A stretch of DNA of 64,000 nt from Phoronis australis (taxonomy: Eukaryota > Animalia > Phoronida). The translations under genes were made by a program, and so were the position numbers. How positions within the stretch are numbered: position 1 is the first letter of the stretch; every line of letters starts with the position of its first letter. The DNA is taken from assembly GCA_002633005.1 (NCBI GenBank), contig NMRA01000496.1, forward strand, positions 1 to 64,000, given 5' to 3'. Below the pieces are notes generated by a model. The model searched no databases. It was not told the origin of the DNA and saw only the letters and a list, made by a program, of their open reading frames with translations. Below are positions 52,918 through 64,000 of this stretch, piece after piece.

Positions 52918-54454
52918 GCTGAAAGATGCAATCGAGAACGCAACGAAAAGCTATCGAGAACGCAAAATTGTGTTTGTTTATGCGATCGGGAACGCATTGT
53001 GATGTGTCGAACAGTAATGGACTTTTTACTTGTAAAACGTGTAAAAGGTTACAAAATATGTGTGGTGCAATGAATTAATCACATTTTGTGTCATTACAGT
53101 GTTCCTTCGTATCAAAACTGAACAAGTTCAAAAACAACACAGCATATTTTCATTAAATTGCCATGAGCACTACATATACATCAAGCATAATTTTAGTTTC
53201 ACAAACGAATTTATTTTTATTTCAGGAAACAGGTTCACTGTTATTTTGAGGCGAGTTTCAACTAACATGTTACACCCTACCAGAGTTTTGAAAAGTACAG
53301 GCATCTACTTTTAGACCAAACCACTGAGAACAAGGGTTTCTAAACTGAAGACTCCCCCAGGAGTTGTTCCATGTTGAGTGTAGGCAGGGGTAAACAAATT
53401 GTTGCAGCATATAAAAGCGAGTGTGGAATCTTCTTGTAAAATTGTGACAGCAAAAGGAAAACAACAAATAGTCAGTGACGTCAAAGAATGATGATGAGCT
53501 TGCCCATGGGGAGAGAGGGGAGTGCGGCAACACTTCACGAGATGATTCAAAGATTCTCACTCATAAACGTCTGGGATCTAAGTATTGTCCAGAAGTTGTG
53601 TAAATTGGTGTGCTGATTAAACGGGATTTTACTTGATGTTTTACTGATAACATCGATACAGAGATGAACAGATTTACTTGTGGCATCGTGTGGCTTGAAT
53701 GTACATTGTGTTTGACTTTTCTGTTTTTTAGTCTTGGTCCTAAGTTCACCTGCATCACCAGTTCATGATGTTGAGTTAAATGTGACATTGAAAAAGTTTG
53801 AGCTAGTTATAATACACATATTATATTGAGATTTTCTCAAAACGTAGTCAACATGTTGTCATTAACGTCACTGCAACTACACACTGTAAGGATTTACACA
53901 GGAAATCAACAATATTATAGGATTTCTATTATAATATTAATCTTTTATCACACATACCTCAAAATTGGTCTTACAAAAATATATAAATTTATTGCTTTAG
54001 GGAAATCAACATAACAAATCCATTGAAGATTTCCAACAAATTACTTTTGGAATGTGTTAGACTAAATCATCACTGAGTCTTAGACAATATATTTAGGACT
54101 GATTGATAGTAAAATAGTCTCTGACAGGCAATCAACAATAATATGAAAGCAATTTCTACAATAATCATAGACATATATTTTCATTTAAAATACTAATTGG
54201 TCAGAACAACTGTATTTAAGTACATTTGTATTGCCCAATGACACTTAGTGTGGCCATTTAAATCTACCTAAACACTACAAAAATGTACTGGTTCTGTTAA
54301 AGATCCTTTTGAAATAACACAACTATAGAAAGAAACTTTAGGAAAAAAGGTTCAAAACAAAACGTCAAAATACTATCACATCAAACAACTACCAACCACA
54401 GACTCTGTAAATCTGAATAAACTATAGTGACTTAACAACCTTCACTTCTGGACT

Positions 54455-54745
54455 TAATGATTTTATTCATTACGCTTCTGCTTGCTATGCCTGTAGAAGC
54501 AGGCATACTGTTTGCATGGCATGCCACATTCACCACAAAAAGGGTTGTCCTCGTGCTGTGACGCAGTGTCGCGTCAGGCTCACTCTTTCCATGAAACGTT
54601 GATCACAGACAAGACACTGAATCGATTTGGTTCCTGAGCACGATGCTTCATGATGTGTTTTACTATACTGGTAAATACTCTTGAGCATGCAATGCGTCAA
54701 TCACAGGGCTGGTAAAGGTCTTGCTTTGTTCAAGTAGTGTCTCTG
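54455..54745 (-). pseudogene. Degenerate C2H2 zinc-finger array
   Basis: Fragments CSRVFTSIVKHIMKH, QCLVCDQRFMERVSLTRHCVTA and CGECGMPCKQYACFYRHSKQK, separated by frameshifts. Confidence 0.7.
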
Positions 54746-54805
54746 TATTTTATTGCCATGTGGTCGTACTAAGTCGATTTCTTAGTTCCTGAACGAGGCT
54801 CCACA

Positions 54806-54810
54806 ACACA

Positions 54811-54846
<36 letters not shown>
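54806..54846. repeat. (CA)n microsatellite
   Basis: Directly visible. Confidence 0.95.
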
Positions 54847-54848
<2 letters not shown>

Positions 54849-57800
54849 AAGGGTTCGGAGTCGGATACAATCAGATGTCGTCAGTGGCCAAAAATATCAT
54901 TCCAGGTTGTCCAAACCGGTATTCAAATGTTTGCACCTCAAGTTGTCAACATAGTAAATAATCAACCAATATAAATTCGAATAGGGTAGAGTTCAATAAT
55001 GTTAGGGCCTCGTTATGCCCTTTGCGAGAATACGTGTCTATTAAAACGTAAAGCTCTTCCAAAAGATTCCGGACACCTTACAGCCAAAAGTTTAATTAAT
55101 ATATGAGAAAATAACATGTTGCTTGCTTAAAGCCATTACAAATATAACTTTGACCAAATGGTACAGCAAAAGCAAACAAAAACAGCGCTTTAGTTTTGCT
55201 CACGCTCGATTACAAATGGCCTAGATTACGTGTAAGGCCACGAATTAACATTCGATTTTTACTACCATACTCATTTTTATTACATTAAAATACACCAAAA
55301 ATACATTTTGGGTGTACGACCATGTTGTCTATACACACAAATGTACACACAGGAACGTATTCAGACAAGTAAAAACGTCACAAGATACAACTCCAAAACA
55401 ACATAATCAATCATATAAAAGCGATTCAAAATACTTCCAATGCAGCAAGTATACAAGTACAGTATATCTGTTGACTTAGTTTAAATGTTTCTAAATAAAT
55501 CCAGACTAAAACATGTAACAAAAGTATTTTGTATGTGCTGAATTGTGCCTTTGGGTTTTTGTTTAAATAAGTTGATTCAAGTTAGGGAACTTACATTTTA
55601 TACTAATACTTTTCTCAGAAAATCAGTAAAAAGAGGGCCTCTTTAGTTTAAGTACATGTATATCTTACCCAATTTGATAGTCCATTCGTTTTTATCTACA
55701 CTGCAACACCACAAAATGACGTTTATCAGATTCATTACAGAAAGTGCAAAAATCATAATCGGCAGTTCTTTTAAAAAAATGTGGGTTTGGATAAGTTGCG
55801 AATTAGTGTAAAATAGTTAGAGCCGTTTCATTTGAGAGTCTGAAAAAATGATTGATGCAATTTGTAACTGTATTCTAATCGATGTTTTCATCGGTAATGT
55901 TTTAGGGTTTAAGAGAGATTCTACTTTAGTTTCCGAAAGGATTAAGTGTACTTTTTTCAAATACTTTATGGAATCGTTTGCACCTTTCTTTGACTACAGA
56001 GTACGTGATTAATACAAGATGAATTTCGGAAGTTCAAGTAGAATTTGCTGATATTCAAACCAATCTTTCGTGTTTCTTGAAAGGTACGGTATGTTTCACT
56101 CGAGAGCAAAATTAACGGTAGTCAAAAAGTCTTCATGAAGAATGAATCAAGTCAACTACACATTAATGTTCGTTATAGATAGAAACTCATAAAATCCTTT
56201 AAAACTATTCACTGTAGACGTAAGATCATCACAATAGTTAATGCAATTTACCTTCCAAAAAGAGTTTCCTAATTTGACGTGATGAATGTACGTAAATTTA
56301 ATAATAATGAGTCACGCTACAAAGTTGTCTCAGTGTTGCAAAACTAGATAAAAGTTTCTTAGAACCGGCTAATAAAAATAGAGAAATAAACTAACAGAAT
56401 AAAGAAATAATACACATGTAAAGCATTCGTTTGAATGAAAGCGGTATCATTAACAAATGAATAAAAATTAATTTCAAAACCGAATTTCTCGGAAAAGAAT
56501 TATCCTCTAGTAATTTTCAAGCAAAATGAAATGCCCCTGACGTTTGGATGCCCAGGTGTACTAAACACCGACCTAATGCCGCTGTCAACGCTGAGGGAAA
56601 TTCTGGTCGGTGCTTTCAGATAAAAAGAAACGTTTTATGTGGCATTTATGCAGTCGTATACTCACCTAAAAGTTAACTTAAAGCAATGCAATGACGCCGT
56701 ATTTCGTCACCCAGCCCTAAGGGTATAGTAACACACATCGAAAGAGGAGGGGTCGAAGAGAGGTTTGACCGAGACTATGACACGGGGGCACTTGGAATTG
56801 GTTGATCTATTTTCATCAATTAAAGCGGTATTAATCCCTTGCATCTGATCAAAAAACAAGATTTGATCGTTGACACTTACCAATATTCACTCAGTTGACC
56901 ATAGACATGTATCATTTGTGTTGTATTGGGCCTCAAGTTATGGGAATTACGTGTCAAATTCGGTAAAACATAATTTCAAAGATGATAACTGGGTCGCACA
57001 ATTTCTCGCTCCTCCACCAGCTCACGAGTTCTACACCCCCCTCAACAACTCGCAACCTCTGTTCACCATAAACAGAGTTACATGAAAGCCCGAAGTGATA
57101 TCGTTACGGATGCTCGTCAAATGTGCACACCTACTTTACCAAGATTAAACTTTCATGCAGTTGACCTATATGTATACTGCAGAAAGAAGTTTTAGCGGGA
57201 ACTTCGTGGCCCCTTCATGTAATGTTTAAGTCTTTGCCAGGCTAAACTGACTTTATCTATTTTAATTATTAGGTGGAATATTAGAACACCAGAAGTAGGT
57301 AACGTACAATGTACATATATGTATTTCTAGGAGCTCTATATAATGACTGAACTGAGTATTCCTTATCAATAGAAGGCATCCAAAATCCGTGTTAGAACAA
57401 CGTCCTGCCTTTACGCAGGTCATGCTCTGTATACAATTTATAATGACAGTTTAACAAAAAAATATTTCCCTCAGTAATTGGTGGCACTCAAGAGGAACAC
57501 TTAAGACTTCTTTTCTCTGAAAGCGCAAATTCCAAACAGTGATCAGATTGAGAAATTTATTTTTATGTTAATGCCATGGCACCTTAAGGTCCTATGAAGG
57601 CAAATTACGTGTACGTCAAACCCAATAACAAAGCGATGAATTTAACTGTAACTACTGTAATAGACACCAAAGGGATGAAACCGATTAATCTTATCTGCAG
57701 TGGCAGTGAAATGGTAAACATGTTTTGGTGATGCATAAAATATTCAACATAAAGTCATTTAATTTGAAAGGCAACGGTTGCAAAGAATATTTTCAAGGTT

Positions 57801-58886
57801 CAGTTTAGGAGAATGCTCATGTATGCATACTTACAATACTCTGCAGTGGTTGGTTAATGTTCCATTTATTCTTGATCAATTTCTGAAGAGGCGCACAGTC
57901 GCCTTCTTTCGCGGCTCTTATAACCTGAAAATGATAACAAATAAATATGAATTACACTTTACACAGTGTACATGTACTATCGTCATCGAGTCATTTCAGT
58001 GGTTCACACTTCCAAGTGTTTGAACTTCCCGTCAGTTATGACGTCAGCTGATACAGATCAAGATGCGTCTTGTTCCTAACGGTGACAAGTTTAGAAACAA
58101 TTTTAGGAAAACTAGCTGCCACTATTATGTTGCTGTAGAAACTTTTAGTCATTTACCGACTATCTTTTTGACTGCACGCTAAACAAAGGTCGTAAAACAG
58201 AGATTTTCCAAGACATTGAACAATACCCCGACATTCACTAAGCTTATTCTGAATTCCCTCATGTGTTTCACAAACCCAACTTTTTGCTTAATAGATTAAG
58301 AAAATTGGTTGCACTGGCAATACGGCTCTATTTGAAAGTTCGCTACAATTCGATTTCATAACATTTGATGCTAAAACTGACGGAGTTTAATTCTTAATGT
58401 TTAAAATAGCTTATTGGGGACAAATAAAATATCATAAGAATAATATTATATAAGTTTTATGTTGCATTGGTAATCCTCATCTGTTTATTGTGTAATCTCT
58501 TTTGATCATTATCAACATGACAGTGTACAAAATGTCGTACATTAACCCTAAAATTGATTTATCTATCTATTCTTTACAATTGGTAATGTTGTACACTTCA
58601 CTGAAGTTCTTGTTTCATTGATGTTTGTATAACTAATTGTATATGTATTTATGTGGGTTTCTCTTCCAATACTGATATACATGTATATGTGTACTGTGCG
58701 ATCTCCCTCTTTTACGAAACTCACATTAACAAAATATATGCTCAGAAAACGTGAAGACAGTTTTTACATAGTAAAAATGAACATGGCATGTACCAAAAAC
58801 TAGTTTCAATATGTAGACTAAAAACATCACGCCCCGCCCATTCTCAGTCATAAACGTTCTGTCTACATTACTTTAGGTCTCCATCA

Positions 58887-59814
58887 CATCAAACTACATT
58901 TCATACATTGTATACATGAAACTAGATGTCATGCATTGTATACATCAACCTACATGTCATACATTGTATACATCAACCTACATGTCATACAACGTATACA
59001 TCAACCTACATGTCATACATCGTATACATCAACCTACATGTCATACATCGTATACATCAACCTACATGCCATACATTGTACACATCAACATACATGCCAT
59101 ACATTGTATACATCAACCTACATGTCATACATTGTATACATCAACCTACATGTCATACATTGTATACATCAACCTACATGTCATACATNNNNNNNNNNNN
59201 NNNNNNNNNNNNNNNNNNNNNNNNNNNNNNNNNNNNNNNNNNNNNNNNNNNNNNNNNNNNNNNNNNNNNNNNNNNNNNNNNNNNNNNNNNNNNNNNNNNN
59301 NNNNNNNNNNNNNNNNNNNNNNNNNNNNNNNNNNNNNNNNNNNNNNNNNNNNNNNNNNNNNNNNNNNNNNNNNNNNNNNNNNNNNNNNNNNNNNNNNNNN
59401 NNNNNNNNNNNNNNNNNNNNNNNNNNNNNNNNNNNNNNNNNNNNNNNNNNNNNNNNNNNNNNNNNNNNNNNNNNNNNNNNNNNNCATACATTGTATACAT
59501 CAACCTACATGTCATACATTGTATACATCAAGCTACATGTCATACATCGTATACATCAAACTACATGTCATACACTGTATACATCAACCTACATGTCATA
59601 CATTGTATACATCAAACTACATGTCATACATTGTATACATCAAACTACATGTCATACACTGTATACATCAACCTACATGTCATACATGGTATCCATCAAC
59701 CTACATGTCATACATTGTATACATCAAACTAGATGTCATACATTGTATACATCAAACTACATGTCATACATTGTATACATCAACCTACATGTCATACATT
59801 GTATACATCAACCT
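58887..59814. repeat. 28-bp satellite spanning an assembly gap
   Basis: Unit ATCAACCTACATGTCATACATTGTATAC on both sides of the N run 59189-59484. Confidence 0.97.
59189..59484. other. Assembly gap
   Basis: Run of N. Confidence 1.
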
Positions 59815-62304
59815 GCAAACCTGTTGCATTCGTGGACACAAAGAGCTTTTTAAACAAATTAAGCGTCACTTGTCAAATAAAAATTCCACTTCCTGTCTTA
59901 TCAACTTTTCTATTAATCACTTTTATTGTCTCAAATAATCACAAAATAATCCCAAAGTGCCTTTTCTCCCGTAAGACCGATAATGTTCGTTAAACAAAAG
60001 CCTTTACAATTATCATTACCGAATCGGCTATCCCCATCGGCTGTATTGTACCGATGAAATTATTCCGAAAAAACGCCCAAGCGTTCTAAATTCTGGTGAT
60101 AAGTGTCCAGATAGCGGGGCGTTTGTTTGAAGAATCTCATCTGTCACTGTCCGGGCGTTTATTTGGGGTCACTTAAACGTCTGAAGATGCTCGTTATCCG
60201 AATTCACGCTCACTGGCTTATATACGGAATATCCCAGGAGCTATAGGCGCCGCGGAAATAGACGAGGCTCGGGGGCGGTTAAACAGTCATTCCACACGGA
60301 AGGGTACACTCCAGGGTTAGCGGCTCATTTCTTGAACAACTTGTGTGTTCATACATCCTAGTGAGATATGCTCAAAATAATTTTGGGCAATGACTTTTAA
60401 AATAAAGTACCATGGATATTTTGTCTCAAATAGCTCGCTTTGGGTTCGAAAAGGTTCAACTCGAAGATGGTTTTAATGAGAGACAAAATTTGACACAGAC
60501 TTAGCAATAACGTTCAAACATTTGTACCATTTTAATAATGTTTTCAATTTTTAGTTCAGATATCGATGTGTTGCATGTGCTTTGTATTTCAGTGAATGAA
60601 TAACTTTTGGTTCGTCCCTTTCATATAGTCTCAAACCCTTAATTCAAACTCTTGCTTTAATAAAAGAGTTGTTGAAAAGATTATATAGCGTAACCGAATG
60701 GAATTATTTGTTTTATGTAAGTCTCGAATTATTCGTGGCGACATAGACTATAGTACATGGACCGCCAACTCCGTATACTTTCAATGGACGAAATCTGTGA
60801 CCTTACGCACAAGCCCTTACGTCATTATTCACTGGCGACACCTGGCTAAATTATCTGGTGTAATTTCCGGCAAGTACGTCGTCTGCTAATCATAGACCCT
60901 ATTCACGCGGCGGCCATTAAGATCCAAAGCGAGGCCCACTGCGATAAACAAAGTGAAAGTAGACATTGTGTGAGTTAAATAGCCGGTCTTTCGAGTCCAA
61001 CCTGGATATTAAATTTTAATGATATGTCGACAATTAACCACGGAGACGTAGAAAATTACATTAGAGAACAAGTTAAGGCGCCAAAGAGTTGTCTGACGAA
61101 AGGGCTTAATTTTTTTCGGAAAACTAGGTTCGAAACATGAAAAGTAAATATGACCAAATTCCGGCGATCGTAGTGTTACGGATTAGATATTATGCTGAAT
61201 GCAGGGTTCCGTTTTTTCTTGTAAATTGTTGATCAAAATACTTTCTAAGCGGACCAGGTCATCTGCTCGTATTGTTGATGAGTTGAAGACATATTCGACA
61301 GTGGTGTCTGTCATGTGCAATTAGTCACATCTGGTTTATTTGTTGATCAAGAATATTAACATCAAGCATAGCCTGATCCTATGCACTCACTGGGACTAAC
61401 AGTTGATTTGTCATTGGTCTGAAAGAATGATTGATGTTATTAAATATATTTTATTAAAATAAAAAACCGGGCTCGTAATTGAAAATAAAAATTATTTGAC
61501 CATCAATGCTTTCTTGGTTGTAATAATTCTTACGTCTATTTTATGTGTTAGATTTCAAATATCAATCTGGACCAAGTTGAATTTTAAAATTAAAACACCT
61601 AATTCGTTCGTCCAAAACATAACATCGTTTTAAAACTCAATTTCAGTTAACTGGACAATGCAATCATAGTTATCATGTTTCTGCAGGAGTCTCTTTCATC
61701 CGAGGGGAACGGTGCCAGTGCCTACTGAGAGGCGATTTTTTCGCCAACTGAGGGCGGGAACAATCTACCTCCCGATCACCAACAATAGCACCTCCGTCCT
61801 GTTGCAAGCTCTCATAGGCTCTGCCTCAATTTAAAGTAGTCTTTTGTGCTCTTAAAAATTGTCACCTGTGTGGTTACAGGTGATGTGAACTCAGAGAGAT
61901 TTTTCACTAGGGGAAGTTTTATCAGTGCCTCGTGGGGGGAATTTCGGGTGATATTTCAATATGTTTGAGTGGGGAATAGGGCCGATATTGGGCCCCAAAT
62001 TTGAGGGATTGAGGGCCCAGTGCTTTTTGGAAAGAAAAATTATAAATGTTTCAACCCGTAGCAGGGGCGGATCCAGGTTTTTCAGTTAGGGGGGGCAGGG
62101 CACAGGAATAAGCAGCATTTCGGCAGATGCGCGCGCCCAGCCTAAACTCTGGGGATGCAGGGGTCTTGAATTCTTGGGTTTGCGGACCTGTTGACTAAAA
62201 AATGGTAAACGGGGTTCATTCAGCGCCTATACGTTGTTTATTCACCCACCAAGACCCGCCCTGGTTGCGCACGTGTGCTAGTCAGCAATTCGCACCCGAA
62301 CTCA

Positions 62305-62387
62305 NNNNNNNNNNNNNNNNNNNNNNNNNNNNNNNNNNNNNNNNNNNNNNNNNNNNNNNNNNNNNNNNNNNNNNNNNNNNNNNNNNN
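62305..62387. other. Assembly gap
   Basis: Run of N. Confidence 1.
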
Positions 62388-62388
62388 T

Positions 62389-62961
62389 CTCGCTGGTTCC
62401 CTGCGTGCTTAGCCCAGCCAGCACGCAGGTATCACGCAGTGGCACGCGCTTTAGCATTGGTCGATGTAATCTTGGCAGTCATTGGTTAGCTTTACAACAC
62501 CGTGAAAAAATGGCAGACTGTGAATGATTTTAGCCTTGTCATGCAAGTGGCGTCGCAGCAACTATTTCGTTTGTGCAGTGATGTTTAATAGCCGCGTGCT
62601 TGAAGTACATACATGCACAATAAACACTTATTACGGTGTGTTATTCATACTGTACAAAGACGCTATCGTAAACAAAAGTCATCGACAGTAGAAAGATGCA
62701 TTCCGAAAAGGCTCAATCACAATTTCTAGGCTTCACATTTCCTGAACATAATTTTAAGCACCGGTTTGCCTGTACAACAGACCACATTTACACTTCAGTC
62801 CATCAGCCATACCAGTTTGTTTGCGCAAAGCGCTGCCTGTTGACGAATCGACTAGCCAATCAGAAACGCCGGTGTAAAAAAATTTACAGAGGAAATTTAA
62901 GTGATACCTGCGTGCTGGCGCGGCTACCGCCCCACCTAGCGGCACGCAGGGAACCAGCGAG
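62389..62961. mobile_element. Nested MITE
   Basis: Inverted ends CTCGCTGGTTCCCTGCGTGC...CCAGCACGCAGGTATCAC and GTGATACCTGCGTGCTGG...GCACGCAGGGAACCAGCGAG. The left end abuts an N gap. Confidence 0.75.
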
Positions 62962-62988
62962 CGCTCAAATAAGACTACAATGTATCTG

Positions 62989-63734
62989 CCAGCACCTTGA
63001 CCTACATTCTGCTGCTGCTGACTGTAGCCACAGGTCACGAGAGTTCATGAACCAGACAGTGTATGTCTTGATGAGTGACGATTTGGTGTGGAAAAGAAAT
63101 CTTTGTGTCCGACATTCCATGTTTAAAACCCCATTTGTAATAACTATTTGTAACATATAATTAAGATGAAAGGGTTAATAATCTAAGCTGTTGTGGTTGC
63201 TTGGCCTAAACGCTGGGGTAAAATATATATTCAATGAACGTGACCATGGTGAGGCTACTAAACCGGGCCCGGCCACTATAACGCCCGGCGAGATTTTGGC
63301 AACTCAACAACCATAATTTTAATTAGGTTGAAATATAACCACTATATTTTTTAAATTATGCTTGAATTATACATGGTGATATACATGTTGGGTTTTATTC
63401 TCTTGCGATATTTTCTTTTCGTTCAGTGTCTCGTTAGCCAACAACATGGAGCCCAGCAGACCGGACTGGCCGTGGCACGGCACGGCAGCTGATGGTTCAC
63501 CAAGTAGAAACGTCTGTAATATTTGATGTTCTATCAACACTAAGGCAAAAGAGAGTGGTTTCAACTGATATAGTATCTATTTAACGAACTGAACCATGCA
63601 CTATGAACATGTTGGTGGCCATGATTGATAACAGCTGACGGTATAAACAAAAAGTGAAGCAATGAGCTCATCATTTTACGTTGTCACAACGGCGATGTGA
63701 CGTCAGCAGCTGTAGAATGTAGGTCAAGGTGCTG
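62989..63734. repeat. Inverted repeat pair (probable further nested MITE)
   Basis: CCAGCACCTTGACCTACATTCT..GCTGCTGAC at ~62989 and its reverse complement at ~63702-63734. Confidence 0.6.
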
Positions 63735-64000
63735 GGTCAAGATTCAGTTCACAAAGAATGTCACATGGCTCTAAGCAGCGCTGCCTGTTAGTAAAGCATC
63801 ATTGCATCCAGCGCCATCTGTTTGCCGTAAAGGTTTTGGATGAGCGGGTACCTTTTGCACAGAACTATGCCGATAAGCTAACAGAGCTATCGTAGCGAGC
63901 CTCGTTTTGAAATGCGCCTCCTGTCGGCGTGAATAGGGTCTATGGTCGGCTACTGTGTGGCCGGTTGTTCGGCCACACACGCAAAATGCAAAGGTATTAG

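Larger units (their letters stand above)
60891..63944. mobile_element. TIR DNA transposon, ISL2EU/Harbinger-group-like, with nested insertions
   Basis: Perfect 18-bp inverted termini CATAGACCCTATTCACGC (60891-60908) and GCGTGAATAGGGTCTATG (63927-63944), compatible with an AT TSD. A remnant at ~61024-61143 (MSTINHGDVENYIREQVKAPKSCLTKGLNFF) resembles the SWIM/YqaJ ORF start of such elements (recall only). Confidence 0.75.

Noticed and set aside
58916-59938. Long His/Tyr-rich ORFs in three frames
   Set aside because: Artefact of a stop-free 28-bp satellite plus an N gap.

Overview
AT-rich, repeat-dense eukaryotic DNA with GT-AG introns, a (TTAGGG)n tract and metazoan transposons, most likely from an invertebrate. 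Most short ORFs in the supplied track are noise. By reading splice sites by hand I reconstruct one ~33-kb minus-strand gene (about 35879 down to 3060). It has a short start exon, five phase-0 exons each encoding one ankyrin repeat, a capping-repeat exon and a large ZU5-UPA-like exon. Downstream lie a decayed second ZU5/UPA-like segment, a death effector domain (DED) split over two exons and a decayed death domain (DD). The ankyrin-to-first-UPA half has intact reading frames, while much of the 3' half carries stops and frameshifts. Two recently duplicated ankyrin exons differ only by amino-acid-changing substitutions. The remainder contains a Harbinger remnant, a 5'-truncated LINE with a 10-bp TSD, CACAGGC-terminal foldback MITEs with TSDs, an ISL2EU-like TIR element, minisatellites, a C2H2 zinc-finger remnant, internal duplications and two assembly gaps. 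All domain calls come from motif recognition by eye; no database searches were run.
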